Source: Octopus sinensis | Lineage: Eukaryota | Direction of reading: 5' to 3' | Length of the DNA stretch: 64,000 bases | Assembly: GCF_006345805.1 (NCBI RefSeq) | Contig: NC_042998.1 | Coordinates: 91,326,001-91,390,000, forward strand | Part shown: in pieces, positions 1 to 14,614 of the stretch | Position numbering within the stretch: the first letter of the stretch is position 1 | Layout: the number at the start of each line of letters is the position of its first letter | The notes under the pieces: model-generated | What the model was told of the DNA's origin: nothing | Database searches by the model: none | Seen by the model: only the letters and a program-made list of their open reading frames with translations | Program-made: the position numbers and the translations under genes

Positions 1-741
1 ACCATTATTTTGGTTCATAAATAGAGTGGCTGGTGGGATTGTTTACAGATAACAATTAGAAGTATTTCTGTTTTAGCTTCCTATAGTTGTGTAGGTTGGA
101 TGAATCAGTCTCATGCTATCTTTTTTCAGCCACTAATCTGCATTTATTCTATTATATGCAACATTTCCTACTGCAGTTTGCTTCTACGTTCTTTGTCTTT
201 CACATTATATCAAACATATGATATTAATCTGGTACGACTTCAACTTTATTTACTTTAAACTATAGATAAATGATGTATTAATTCTTCTAAAGAAAGCTGC
301 CCTGAATTTTAATATTATTTTTATAACGACTGATTAAGAGGAAACTGTATAGAACTCATCTTACATACATGACAAGTTCTGATCTGTTTCCATCTACCAA
401 ATTTCATTTACAGTATTGATCAACCCAAAGTTATGACAGAAGATACTTGCCAAAAATACTCTACAGGCAGAGGGACTGAACCCAGAACCATGTGGTTGTG
501 ATGTAAACTTCCTTTTTAACTTAGCTGTGCTTGTGTTTACTTCCAGTGCAAAAGCATATGTGAACACCAGAAAACAATTACACCACCAGCTGGTGTTATG
601 CTGAGGAACGATTCACATTTTGTAGATAAAAAATAGCTTGTTAACAAATCCCTTACTTTGAGAGGTAGTCAAATATATAACATGTACTAATACAACAGAG
701 TTTTTACCGACATCATTTGTGTTAATATATATTTAGCAATT

Positions 742-1239
742 GTGGAGGCGCAATAGCCCAGTGGTTAGGGCAGCAGACTTGCGGTCGTAGGATCGTGGTT
801 TCGATTCCCAGACCAGGCATTGTAAGTGTTTATTGAGCAAAAACATCTAAAGCTCCATGAGGCTCCGGCAGGGGGTGGGGTGGAACCCTGCTGTACTCTT
901 TCACCACAACTTTCTCTCACTCTTTCTTCCTGTTTCTGTTGTACTGTATTTCAAAGTACCAGCCTTGTCACACTCTGTATCACGTTGAATCTCCCCCAAA
1001 AATTACGTTATGGGTACACGTGTCTGTGGAGTACTCAGCCACTTGCACGTTAATAAATGTGCTGTGACGTCACTGGTGCCAAGCTGTATTGGCCTTTGCC
1101 TTTCCCTTGGATAACATCAGTGGCGTGGAGAGGGGAGGCTGGTATGCATGGGCGACTGCTGGTCTTCCATAAACAACCTTGGTGACATTCTAGGTGCAAC
1201 CCCATGGTCATTCATGACTGAAGGGGATCACACACACAC
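742..1239 (+). mobile_element. tRNA-derived SINE with 13-bp TSD
   Basis: Box A/B head (GGCGCAATAGCCCAGTGG...GGTTTCGATTCCC), (CA)n tail, TSD ATATTTAGCAATT at 729-741 and 1240-1252. Paralog at ~17923. Confidence 0.85.
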
Positions 1240-2476
1240 ATATTTAGCAATTAGATTAATTAACTACATTTATCTTAGTCACATTTTCAAGATCATTTTA
1301 GTTGTTATAATGTGAATTAGAGCAAGAGAGAGCTACATTGATACACACTAACAATTTCTACTGAAAGCTTTTGATTTGAGAGTTGTGGTGGTATGGAGGT
1401 ATTAGCCTAAGATCAACTGTGATACAGTAGATTTATGATCAAAGCATTCCAGCCATGACCATTACATATTATTTTATTCAGACAGTTTATTAAGGAATAT
1501 ATTATCCATTGTGTATTTCCTTGTTTAAGGTGTTAAGATATGATATAAGAGTAGTTTGGTTGCTGCTTCTAGCTTGTCAAATAACCAAATACAAGCCATC
1601 TAAGATCGAAGTGAGAGATAGGTGGAGCCTACAGCTGGAAGAAGTCCTCTTTAAAGATATTTAAATATTTTATCAATTTTCTCTTCTATAATATTCCAAA
1701 GAGAGAATATTTAGAATACAACCTCTGTAGTATGAAATGACCATTAGTAAACCTAACCACAGCCTTAAATTGTGTTGCAATTATATGTCATTATGTTACA
1801 GCAAAATTTAATTCTAAAGCTGTGAGTATATTCTACAAAACAGCTGAACAAAAGATAAATTGGCTTATTTGAAATATATGAATGAATCTGCTTATTGTTT
1901 GAATATAAACATTGACACAATCTACCATTTGTCATATGATTTAGCTGGTCTTTGAAACAACTCAGAAATATCAAACTATGGAAAATAAAAGCTATTGTCT
2001 GTAGTTATGTACTGAATGTGTCTTCTAATAACATCATCGTTCATCATTATTTTACATTCATTAAGGTAGTGAGATGGCAGAACCATTAGCACACTGGACA
2101 AAATGCTTAGCATTTATAGTCAAAAGGATTATTTCATGTTCATTTTCCATGCTGGCATGGATTGGATGGGTTATTGTATGAGTCAGATTTTGTTGAGTTA
2201 CTGCTCTTAGATCAGTGGAACTACATCCCATACTTTTTATTTTGGCATGGTTTCTACAGCTGAATGCCCTTACTAACATCAAACACTTTGCAGAGTGTAC
2301 TGGGTGCATTTTATCTTAGCATAATCCCTAAAAAGGCTGCCGTATCTTTGACAAGATAAGACTAAAGGGGCCTTTTAACCCTGTTTTCTCTGCTCATTTG
2401 ACAAACATTTTGCAGAATGTACTAAGTGGATGTTATTGTGGCACCAGGTTTCCCTGTATTCAATAAAAGGTTATTT

Positions 2477-3081
2477 GGATCTTTACCTTTTGATGTACAG
2501 ATTTAAAACATAATTTTTTGTAACTAAACACTTTCAAACTTCGGATATTGGTAGAATGTGTCATATAAAACATGTTTTACTCTTAGCATTTTTGAGAAAA
2601 ACTTATATTTACGAAGTAATTTCACGTCAAGGTAGTCCTACTTCGCTAATTCCAACCAATCAATAACGTGTATTCAGCTAAATAAAATTACTGCTGTTGT
2701 TTGTCAACTCGAACTTCCGGCGGTGTATTTTTCATTTGTCACTGTTATTTATGACAACCCTAACCCTTAAAGTTAAAATCAGTACAAAACACACAAACGA
2801 TGTCATAAATAACAGTGACAAACAAAAAATACACCGCTGATGTTTGTTGTTGACAAACAACAGCAGTAATTTTATTCAGTTGAATACACGTCATTGATTG
2901 GTTGAAATGACCAAAATAGGAATACTTTGACGTGAAATTACTTTGTAAATATAAGTTTTTCTCAAAAATGCTAAGAGTAAAAGATATTTTATATGACACA
3001 TTCTACCAGTGTCCGAAGTTTGAAAGTGTTTTGTTAACAAAAATTTATTTTTTAAATCTGTCGGTCAAAAGGTAAAGATCC
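2477..3081. mobile_element. Palindromic non-autonomous DNA transposon, ~280-bp TIRs, 8-bp TSD
   Basis: Arms 2477-2756 and 2801-3081, termini GGATCTTTACC / GGTAAAGATCC, TSD GGTTATTT at 2469-2476 and 3082-3089. Confidence 0.85.
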
Positions 3082-4554
3082 GGTTATTTCATATATCTAG
3101 AAGGAAGTATCTTCTATCTTTCAACATTACAAAAACTTGATATTCTATGGATTTTCTTATTAAAGCTTCTTCATAGTGTGCCATTTTAAAAGAATCTATT
3201 AATTAGTATTGAATTTCATGAAGTGATTCATTGTTTAAAGTTTGTGATTGAAAAAATATCAATCAACGAATCCATTTAATTTTATATTGGTTGTTCTGTG
3301 CTTGAATAGTCTGAATAAGTTTACAAATTTTGTGTTTATATATATGGTTGTTGTTGCATAGCTGTATTAACCCACGATGTTACATACTTTGCATTAGATT
3401 GTAGCCAATTTAATGCTTAGTATTCAATCCAAATCTCAGCATATTGTACAACTGCTTAACCTGCTTGGAATAGCAGCCAAGTCTCCCTCAAATGACACCC
3501 TACAATTTATAAAAGAAACTAAACAAATGTCACACTAAATGCTCTGGGTGATAATAAAATAAAAAATAGACAGGATGGTCACAGTTAGAATATCTTTGGT
3601 CATAGGTCTCATAGACAAATGTGGAAGTATTGAATTGTTTATCAGCATAGAACTAGCTGGTTGTCTAATTGTTTTCTGTGTTCCCATGTCTTTTAGTGCT
3701 AGAAATGGCATGGTTGTGTTGGTAAGAAATTCATCTCAGTCGCATAGTTCCAAGTTCAATCCTGCTGCGTGGCACCTTGGACATGTATCAACTATCATAA
3801 CCTCAGTTTGGCCAATTCATAAAATTTGGTACAAGAAAAAACTGTGAAACAACAGTTTTCTTTTTTTTTTTTTTTTTTTTTTTTTACTTATTCTCCAAAT
3901 TTGGCTGGATTCAAACCCCAAATATTACTCTTCCAAATCAATTATATTTATTCTTTTAAGTAAACCAAGTCATCATACAAAATCAATAAACTTGAGCCTG
4001 ACCAGCTTTGTGCTGATTGCTGTTGAGGCCTTAGGGTGTTCTCAAACCCCATACTACCAATTTTCTCTGCAAAGTAGGGATGATTGCAGCTTGTCTAAAA
4101 AAATGTACCCTGCAAGATGGAGTGGCTGTTGCAGTGAATGTCCTTGATCTGTCTCTGCAGTAACACCATTGTGGTCATTACCGAGAGACACTGCTGAACA
4201 CACCATTTATTTTGGGGTATGTGGACCATAGCTCCCTCCTCTTCCATCTTATGCTGCTTTGCTCCCACCCCTTTTTATTTTCTTTCTTATCTCTCTTTTC
4301 CCCTGTTTCTTTGTATTTAAATGTTATGTAATTCTTAAGTCATCATTGTACATTTTAAATTTTATGGAATACAAAGTTCATTGTTGCTCTGTTAACTTCT
4401 GCCTAATACACATTACCTGAGAGGCTGGTTTATTAGAGACCCCTCCATAATGTCCATTCTCTTTTTTTTTTTTATTGGACTAGGAGGCAGTAGTGAGGTT
4501 ATAGAGCCTTACTTCAGTTGAGAGTAAACATGATAAATTTTGTCCTATTATGAA

Positions 4555-4880
4555 TGCACATGGCTCAGTGGTTAGAGCATCAAGCTTATGATCATAAGGT
4601 TGTGAGCTCGAATCCTGGACCGGGCTGCGTGTTGTGTTCTTGAGCAAGACACTTTATTTCATGTTGCTCCAGTTCACTCAGTTGTAGAAATGAGTTGTGA
4701 CGTCACAGGTGCCAAGCTGTATCGGCCTTTGCCTTTCCTTTGGATAACATTGGTAGCATGGAGAGTGGTGGCTGATATGCATGGGCGACTGCTGGTCTTC
4801 CATAAACAATCTTACTCGGACTTGTGCCTGGGAGGGTAACTTTTTAGGTGCAATCCCATGGTCTGTGTCGTGACCATTAT
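4555..4880 (+). mobile_element. tRNA-derived SINE related to the 742 family
   Basis: TGGCTCAGTGGTTAGAGC and GCTCGAATCC boxes. Shares the body GTGACGTCAC.GGTGCCAAGCTGTATCGGCCTTTGCC. Confidence 0.75.
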
Positions 4881-5600
4881 CCATGTTACTATTGCAATTA
4901 GAAGTGTATGTGTGGGGATGCTAGCACTTAATAATTTTTATGAAGGATCATTAAACTTGCATCATCACCATCACCATCATCATTGTCACCATTATTGTTT
5001 TATGTCTGTTTTTCTGTTTTGCCCCAACACAGGATCTCACACCACTGTTAGGTAAAATTTTGAAGAGATTTGGTTTCTATTTCTACAAGGTTAAGTAACC
5101 ACATAGAGCCTCCCTCACTTACTAGCTGTCATAATTTTTTTTTTTTTTGAAGAGGTGGTGCTGGTGATCATGGGGACTTAGGCAGAGTATGGTTCACACA
5201 TCCAATGCCCCAGAAATTGCATGTCTCCACCTAGTTAACCCCTTTGCCTGTCCTCTGTATCACATATGATACACAGGACATATTTCTCTGGTGTCCAAGC
5301 ATCATATATAATACACATTCCCACTTCTTTCATCTACCAAAGCCACTAGGTAACTTGGGACTTACAAAAGGAAAGCATTATATCACCTAAAACATGCAAA
5401 ACAAGGGCTAACTAAAATTCTGAAAGCAAACATGGACATTTAGGACAAACTTATGAAATTGGTTTGGACAGGCAAAAGTTTAATATTCACACTGGGTACA
5501 TACTGAATATGATTTATTAAATGAAGAGCAGAATAACAGTCTGGGAATATTGAGTTTCCTACTCCATTCATTCCACCTGTCATGTTCACAAGTGCCTTAA

Positions 5601-5820
5601 CCCTTTCGTTACTGTATTTATTTTGAGGTGCTCTGTGTTTCTTTCAATTACTTTAAATATAACAAAGAATTTAGTAAAATAACTTATTTATCATTCAGCT
5701 AGTGTTAGAAACATAAATTATGACTAAGGTTTGGTGAAAGATTTTAATTCAAAACTTATGAAAACAAGACATTAGTACTCAGAACCAGAGCCGATTTCAG
5801 CCGGGTTGGTAACAAAAGGG
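5601..5820. mobile_element. piggyBac-type MITE
   Basis: TTAA|CCCTTTCGTTAC ... GTAACAAAAGGG|TTAA. Confidence 0.85.
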
Positions 5821-8800
5821 TTAACTCATACCTATACTAACTCCTCTTAGCTTAGCATTCCCTGTTTCTTTCCGACACTACACACTACTCTCCCCTTTCA
5901 CCTTCCCAACTTCTCCTATTAACGGCGTTACCTTATTGTCTCTTTGCACTCAATTGAGTTTCCTACTCTGTCTAAACTAGCCATGTACATCTTAGTTCTT
6001 TCTAGTGGTAGGCATAGCAGAGACAAGCAAAAGTGACCTTAAATGGACTGTTTGTTACTTATTTTCATCTCTGCTAGTGTTAAACTCTGGGGTTAATGAG
6101 GATAACAGCACTTTGCTATTATTTAGCTCAGGTCAAATTTGATATAGAAAACCTATCATCAAAGATGTTCCATCCCATCATTTTTTCAGCCTCAGTTTAT
6201 CTGGGACTACGTTATTCAATGAATCTTAGATATGCTTTGTTAAAATGTATGTAAAAAAGAACTACATTATTATTATTATTATTATTTGCAGAATCGGTTG
6301 CATGTTGGAAAAAAAGTTTAGTGGTATTTCTCCTGGCTCTTTATGTTTGCGTTCAAATGTGATTGAAGCCATCATTGCTTTTCATCCTTTCAGTGTTGAT
6401 AAAGTGAAGTATCAGTCAAGTACTCGGGTCCTTGTAACTGACTTGCCCTTCCCCTCAAAATGGCTGGCCTTGTACTAAAATTAGAAAGGGCTATAGCAAA
6501 AGAAGTTGTGTGGTGGACAAGAATGAAAGGATTGAGGAAAGATACCTTCCTCTTTGGTCAAGCCCTTATTGACTTTTTAAAAAGAGTGTAGAGAGGGAAG
6601 TGCTACCTCCCAGTGAAAAGATGGAGACTGTGGGGAAAATGGTTAGATAAATGACCCTACTATGAGCTGGTGCCGGTACATTTGAGAGCAACAGTTGGGA
6701 GAGAGTTCATGTCTTTGGTGGTCAATGTAATCCTGGATCTGTGAGATTCCTTGATTGGGCCTAGTTGAAGTTTCTCCTGTATCAGGAGCACTGCATCATT
6801 CATATTGTCACATACTTTATATATGTATACTTTTATTGTATTCCATTGTCTTTTCCATTTTTCTTCCACATCCTTTGTTGTCTGCCCTTGTGATGTCCCC
6901 CTTGTCCATACTCCTGTGGCTAACAAAAATAATAATAATAATTATTATTATTATTATTATTAAAGTGGTGAGCTGGTAGAATTGTTAGTATGCCAGACAA
7001 AATGCATAGTTGCATTTCTTCTGACTCTGTGTGGCACCTCGGGCAAGCATCTTCTAACTATAACCCTAGGCTGACCAATGCTTTGTGAGTGGATTTGGTA
7101 GATGAAAATTGTGTGGAAGCCTCAACTTGTGTGTGTGTGTGTCTTCATGTTTGTCCCCCAATGCTTGACAACTAGTGCTGCTCTTAGTGGTTTGCCAAAA
7201 GAGATTGACGGCACAAATACCAGGCATAGAAAATAAGTACTGGGGTTTATTTTGGCTAAACCCTTCAATATAGTGCCCCCAGCATGGTCACACTCCCATG
7301 ACTGAAACAAGTAAAAAAAAGTAAAAGAGTTGATATTTCACAGAATGCATTGATTTAAGAAATTATAAATAAATAAATATGAAAAGCCCTCTCCAGAATA
7401 ACTCTCAATGTGTTTCAGACATCATTTATAAACAGACTCATAAGGAAAAAATCTGTTCCATATTTAGGTGACATCATTATGGGATTGTAATCCATTTATT
7501 AGGATCAGATACTCTACATTGGAAAAAAAAAATTATTATTAAAGTACTTATATTTGTAATGTTTTTGTTGCTCCTTGTCTGCTCTGATCAAACAGTTATA
7601 AGCAACAACAATCCAACCAGGACCATCCTGTCTTTTTGGGGGATATATAGGTCTACATCATCTTTATCTTTTATTTTGTAATTGTATCGGTCATTGAGCT
7701 GCAACCATGCTGGGGTACTACCTTGAAGGGTTTTTACTCAAACAGATCAACCCCAACTATTTAATTTCAAGTCTGGGACTTATTCTATTGATCTTTCTAC
7801 CAAACTTCTAAGTTACAGGGCTGTAAACAAACCAACACTGGTTATCAAGTAGTGGTGGGAGACAAACACAAAGACACCCATACATGCATTCTTATATATA
7901 AACAGGATTCCACACAGTTTCCCTCTATTAAATTCACTCAGAAGGTGCCAAGCAGTAGGACTGAACTATAATCTCATGGTTGCAAAGTGAACTTCTTACC
8001 CTCATAAGCATGCTTTTCATTTCTTTATCTAAGATGGCAGGTGTGATTTGGGAAAATTTTGTGATGTTGTTGTAGTCTATAGCTTAACTCTGAATCAGGT
8101 TAAACCTGATTGAGCAGATTTATGATCAAAAGGCATTCCACACATGCCCATTCTATCTAAGATTACATTCTCCTATGTGTCCTTTTTCCAAAAAAAAAAA
8201 GTAAGGTATGATTTGAAATAGATTCAGCTGCTATTTTTACTAAGGTAACAACCATGTATAGGCCTCCCTCATTAGCTCATATTTAGTGATGCGGTGGTGG
8301 TGGGTCTGTGTACATTTATATGTGTATGTATGTGCAGAATGGAATTAGAGGTGAAGCACGGTAGGAAAGGAGCAAACATCCAATACTATACAGTCAGTTG
8401 GTGCATAGACAGTGTTACAGAGTCTCATATAGACTGATGTGAATTCTATACCTCAAATAACAATGAATTCAGTTTTTATGTTTGTATATGTTCAAGTATG
8501 TTTGTGTATACTTGTCCGTGTATTCATAACTTCTTCCTTCACCATTTCTAATGCACTTTGTAACAGTATTTCTTTTATTATAGAAATTGGATAAAGTTAC
8601 ATTTAATCACCTACCTTTATGTCAAAAGTCTGCTTGAATAGGCTTATAACATCAAGGTTACTGATTAATGTAATGTTAATCCTAACATTAATTGTAATAT
8701 GATAGTAACTCATTAGGTGAAACACTAATTGTAGTTCAGCCCATTGTATATTCAAAAAGTCCTGAATATTTATATCTATAGGTTCAAGTCTGGCTGTATG

Positions 8801-9132
8801 GTTAAGAAACTTGTTTTGCAACCAATAACTGGTACTTATTTAATCAACACTGAAAGGATGAAAGGCAAAGTCGAGCTTGGTGGAATTTAAATTCAGAACG
8901 TAGCAGCAGACGAAATACCGCTAAGCATTTCGCCTAGTGTGCTTATGTTTCTGCCAGCTCACTGCCTTTGGCTTCTTTCAGTTTCTGTCTACTAAATCCA
9001 CTCACAAGACTTTAGTCAGCCTGAGGCTGTAGCAAAAGACACTTGCCCAAGATGCCATGTAGTGGGACTGAACTCAGAACCATGTGGTTGAGAAGTAAAC
9101 TTCTTACCACAAAGCCATGCCTGCACTATATA

Positions 9133-9515
9133 CAGGATGGTCGCTAGAAAAGCAGAAAATTTGAAGGCAAAACTAGCAAGCATTAATTAGATCATCAATA
9201 AACTGTGATAGGTGGTTTCTGTTATCGAATGAGCGTGTAATCATAACAAGCATGCCATATAACTGTCATTGATGAATTGAAAATGTGCTTGATGAAAGCT
9301 TGGAATGATATCCCTCAAGTTACACTTCAAAATGCCACACGAGCTTGGATTTCTTGATTAAAAAACTGTCACAAAGTTCATGGAAAACATTTTGAACATT
9401 TGTGAGTGTTAATATGATATCACGCTTTGTGGTGCTTATTGTTTACCTCAAAGAGATCTGGTGAAAATATAAATTTGCATTTCATGAATTTTCCACTTTT
9501 CTCACAACCACCATG
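9133..9515. mobile_element. Tc1/mariner-type MITE
   Basis: TA|CAGGATGGTCGCTAGAAAAG ... CTTTTCTCACAACCACCATG|TA; imperfect TIRs with TA TSD. Confidence 0.7.
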
Positions 9516-10013
9516 TATATATGTGTGTGCTAGTGTCTGTAGCTGTCTCTTCACCACTACTTGACAACCAGTCTTGGTTTGTTTTCATCCCATAACTTAG
9601 TGGTTCATCAAAAGAGACTGATAGAATAAGTGCCAGACTTCAAAACAAGTAAGTACTGGGGTTAATATGTCCAACTACAACCCCTCAGGACGGTGCCCCA
9701 GCATGCTTACAGTCCAATGACTGAACAAGTAAAACCAATTTTTTCAAGGGCATTTTTGCTCAAAGCTTTTATAACATGTAAAGATTTAAAGAATTGGAAT
9801 ATGGAGGGTTGTAAGAGCATTTGACTTAGCATGGAATGTCTCCAAAATTTAATAACACATGAGAAACTGCAATGCAAATTGTAGAAAGTGGAGTAAACAA
9901 ATACTAAATGTGGAATTGAAATTATTATTTTAGAGCAAGTTTTAGAATAATAACAGACCTTTCACTGATCGAGGGACTTAAAACTATGTGTGGAGTCAAA
10001 TATATTGCAAAAT

Positions 10014-10450
10014 AGGTGCAGGTGTGGCAGTGTGGTTGAGAAGTTTACTTCCCAACCACATGGTTTCAGGTTCAGTCCCACTGCATGGCATCTTGAGCAA
10101 GTGTCTTCTACTCTAGCCCTCGGCCAACAAATATCTTGTGAGTGAATAGGGCAGATGGAAAATGAAAGAATCTCGTCTTATATATGTATGTGTGAGTGTG
10201 TATATTTGTGTTTCCTTGTCTTGACATATTGTGTTATTTGTAAAAGAGTGTCTGTTATATATGCATTGTCATCCATTTTTGATATTCTGTGAAAACATGT
10301 CTGGCCATGGGGAAAATATCACCTTGCTTGGAAACAGGTAAGAGTTGGTGACATGAAGGGCATCTCGCTATAGAAAATCAGCCTCAATAAACTCTGTATG
10401 ACCCATGTAAGCATGAGAAAATGGATGTTGAAATGATGATGACGGTGATG
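10014..10450 (+). mobile_element. SINE with RTE-like 3' tail
   Basis: tRNA-like head. The tail GTTGGTGACATGAAGGGCATC...ATGGATGTTGAAATGATGATGA parallels the RTE 3' end at 24770-24929. Confidence 0.65.
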
Positions 10451-11989
10451 ACAGATGTTACAGTAAAGAACTAAACACAAGTAGTGCAGTCTACAATAGA
10501 CATTAAGGTGGCAGATTGGCAGCATTGTTTAAATGTCAAAAATACCTTGTGGTATTTGCTCCTGCTCTTTACACTCTGAGTTCAAATCCTGTCAAGTTCA
10601 ACTCTGCTTTTCATCCTTCTGAGGTTAATAAAATAAAGGACCAGACCTGTACTGGGGACCAAAATAATCAACTGTTCTCCTCCAGCCTAATATGTATGGC
10701 CTTGTGCCAGTTTAAGAAATTACATAGATATTGCTCTGGTATATCTAGCAATATTTCTATTCACACATGTATAATTAGGTGGAGATGAATTAAATGCAAT
10801 AATTAATATGTTTCATTAATACTACACATATTCTAATATTGAAGAATACTTAGCGAATAGATAAGGTTTTAAGAAAAATCTCCTATAGTTGTTGATAACG
10901 CTGTTAAATTTGCTTCCTTCTCATTTTTATTTTTATCAGATTAGGTATTTAAGGAATGGTAATACACTTTACAACACACAAATTCTTGCCAGCCTTATCA
11001 TCTCTAGTTTCCTCTTCTGCTAGAATAGCTTGATTTCTACTGCAGACTTGCTGCAAATAATTTTAGCAGGTGAGGTGAAGTGGAGAACTCAGCAGATAGA
11101 AAATGTTTCTTATTATATTTAGTTATTTTAAAAGTTAAATAAATTCTACAGTTTATAGAAGTATATAGACATAGTTAACTAACTGACTAATTAATAATAA
11201 ATAACTTAAACACATTCATTTAAAAGCAGTTTATTTTCAATTCAACAGATAGATAAAGTTCTATGATAAAAATAGATAAGGTTTGAGGTTATAGAATGTT
11301 GCTGCCCTTGTTTATAATATGGTAAATAGTTTTGAACAGACTAACACCAGCAATACAATATTCATGAGTAAAAAAAAAAAAAAAAGGAATTTTTTGTTTT
11401 ATAACTTTTTTATATCAGAAAAATTTGTTTTGTTATGCATCATATTTTTTAGATGCATGTACTTATGAGTTTAGAAAATTTGTTAAAAAATTTGAATAAA
11501 ATTACATTAACAGTTTATCTTGATCAGATCTTGATCAACCATTTTTTACCAAATGGGCCCCTTTGATTACTATTTTATTCTGGTGAACCCAACCATAACC
11601 ATTTGATGTTAAAAAAAAAAGGTAGTTTTTTAAGATACTTCTTTCAAAATTCCTATTTTGTTTTTCACATATTAACTTGTGTAGATCTGCATTAGCACTC
11701 TCTGACAGAATATGTTTCAGTAGCTGGAAACATGTTAAACTATGTAAAAAGTTAGAGAAAGAAACCTATTTTTTTTTTGTAATAAATACATCATAACCAA
11801 ACATTTTCATGAACCCTTAAACCCTTAAACTTCAACTGTGGATCCCCAATTTACTATTTTGCTTGCATGCCCCCACCCCCACCCCCACCCACCAAATTTT
11901 ATATGGCCCTTGGTTGAGAGCCATTGATCTAGATCACACACGTATATCAATGTGTATATCACCATCACATCTGATTTCCCTGCTGGTGT

Positions 11990-13700
11990 GGGTTAGATAA
12001 TTTAGCAAGATCTACCAAGCCACAAGTCTGTATCAAGCTCCACTATCAACTTTGGCGTGGTTTCTACAGCTGGATGCCCTTCCTAATGCCAACCACCTTA
12101 TAGTGTGTACTGGGTATGCTTTTCATTGCACCAGAACTAGTGGGGTTACACAGTAACTTGCAAGACAAAACAAAATGACAGTAAAAGAAAGGGGGAAAAT
12201 CCCTCAACTGAGTGGGAGTATATTTGAGAAAGGGGAGGTGGCTTTGTGCCTGATGCTGAAGGCAAAGGTATGATAGAGCCGACAAGCACAGTCATATAGG
12301 GTAGCCAGAAAAAATAGGGATAAAATCTTCCTTGCCTGAACGGGTGTGCATTTGAGACAGGAGGAGGTGGCTTTCTGTCAGATATTGAGGGCTAAAATAT
12401 AATTGAGAGACTAGCACAGAAGTCTTGCTACAGAAGTGATACATGGATACTCTACATTATACAAGGGTGGATGACAATAGCTAGAAAGAATATAATATAA
12501 AGATGGTGGTGGCCAGAGCGAAATCTCAAGGAACAAGAAGGTGCACTAAAAATATAGTGGATCAAGGGGGAGGGAGAGAGTGGATAATTTCATGAGAGTG
12601 TGAGAGGAAAATGATAGAGATTGAGTGGTGGTAGAGGTGAATGTAGTGAGTGATGAACAATGGTAGATGTGTGGTTCATGGTAAATATCAGTAAAGGAAA
12701 GGTGAGAGAAAGAGGAAGTGACCAGCAGCTGCACAAAAAAAGGCAGAGAACAGTTGTATCATAAACCTGTAGATAGATCAGAGTGTAAGGAGATCATGTG
12801 CAGGGTGTATGAGTGTTTTGGGGGAGATGTAGTGACTGAGATAGGGATCACAGGTACATAAGGGTGGCTGTAGTGAGTGAGGTGACAACAGTGGAAGAGG
12901 GAGAATTGATGATAGATATGAGATGTTGAGAATGATAGCAGATATGAGAGTTGCTGAAAATGAGGTATGGCTGATATGAGATGAAGCTCAGAAGTGAAGG
13001 AAAGACAACTGAGGATACAGAAAAGAAGTGATCAGTAGAAAATAATGTGAAGGGATGGTAATAAGACTGAGGGATGGATCTTAAGAGGAAGTAGTTTTAG
13101 AGGAAAAAAGGAAGTAACAGGTAGCATAAAAAGGGGGATGAAATATGTATTGATTAGCAGAGTGATGGAAGGATGAGTTTTAAGAAGATGAGATGTGGGG
13201 AATACTTGACAGGGGAAGACTGGGTACAGAGGCTAGGACTAGCATATACAGACCTAAACATAATGCTTTTAGGACCTCAGTTTTGCTATGACAGACAGGT
13301 CTTCTTGAGTACAGTGAATTGCTAATCATCTTAGTCTTTTGTTGTCTCCTCCATGCAGCTCAATATCTTGAGATGCACCTTCACTACATTGTTCCATGGT
13401 TTACTGGATTTCCCTTTTCCACATGTTCTATCTACTTAAAGCAGTCAGTATGTCTTTATACAGCTATTCTCATTTGTATATATCACATGACCAAACCAGC
13501 ATAATCTTCTCTCTTTCCAGTACCGTCTGATTCTTCTTATACCTAATTTTTCTCCTAACACATTTGCACTTTGTCGTACATTGCACATCCAACAGAGCAG
13601 AGTAGCTTCATACATTTCTAGTCTTTGCATGTCTTCTGCATTCATGATTCGCATCCAATTACCATGTAGCATTGCTGATTTAATGTGTGTGTGTGAAAGT
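11990..13700 (-). mobile_element. Decayed RTE-clade LINE, 3' part with long UTR
   Basis: Minus-strand LLCWMCNV..LGIRRI...RRLCWFGHV (13445-13700) and the shared tail GGTTGGCATTAGGAAGGGCATCCAGCTGTAGAAA near 12060-12110. Boundaries approximate. Confidence 0.65.
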
Positions 13701-14614
13701 ACATGTATACATTTTCTATTATATAAAATCTGTTCTGTCTGTCTGTGTGTGTGTCTTCTAGGATCTCGGGCATCCTCCATCTGATTGCACTCAAATTTGA
13801 TATGTAGATACCGACAGTATCAGGGCATGTATAAGTCTTGAAAAAATTACAAAAATCGTTTCCAGGTGAGAATGCGATCGATAAAGCCATGGGAACGTGC
13901 ATTCGTAAAATCGTTTTTCTTGGAATAGAAAAAACTCTATCTTTATTTCTTCTTTTGCTGGTGTCTCAAATTTAGGTGAAATCAGTGTTTCTCAAAGGGG
14001 AGGCCTATGGGACGGTCAGACAAGTTGTTTTGAGAAAATTTGGTTTAAATGTTTGACAACTCAGCACCGTCCAATGGACGGGGGGTGGGGGCGTTTTGCT
14101 CGTATGTATATATATATCCATACTTTTACATTTAGACACCCATCACTCACACATAAACATGTATGTGAGTATGTAAGTGAGTGCATGTTTGCATTTTACC
14201 AAAACTGCTCGACAATCAGTGTTGGTTTCTTCTTGTATTCTTCTACTTGTTTCAGTCATTTGACTGCAGCTATGCTGGAGTACTGCCTTTAGTCAGACAA
14301 ATCAACACCAGGACATATTCTGTGTAAGCCTAGTACTTATTCTATCGGTCTCTTTTGTTGAAACACCAAGTTACAGGGACGTAAAACACCAACATCACTT
14401 GTCAGGTGATGATGGAGGTGGACAAACACAGAGACACAAATACATACATGCATACACGCACACACACACACATATATATGACGGGCTTATTACAGTTTCT
14501 GTCTACCAAATCCACTCACAAGGCTTTGGTTGGCCTGAAGCTATAGAAGAAGGCACTTGCCCAAGGTGCCACGCAGTGGGACTGAACCCAGAACCATGTG
14601 GTTGGGAAGCAAGC

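Noticed and set aside
742-820. tRNA-like sequences here and at 4555, 17923 and 39280
   Set aside because: These are SINE heads that continue into shared SINE bodies; no complete cloverleaf.
2757-2770. Telomere-like CCCTAA motifs here and at ~42060
   Set aside because: Only 1-2 units, within or near dispersed repeats; not an interstitial telomere array.
10980-11070. Possible minus-strand exon QVCSRNQAILAEEETRDDKAG
   Set aside because: It has an acceptor-like site but no good donor, no partner exons and no recognisable homology.
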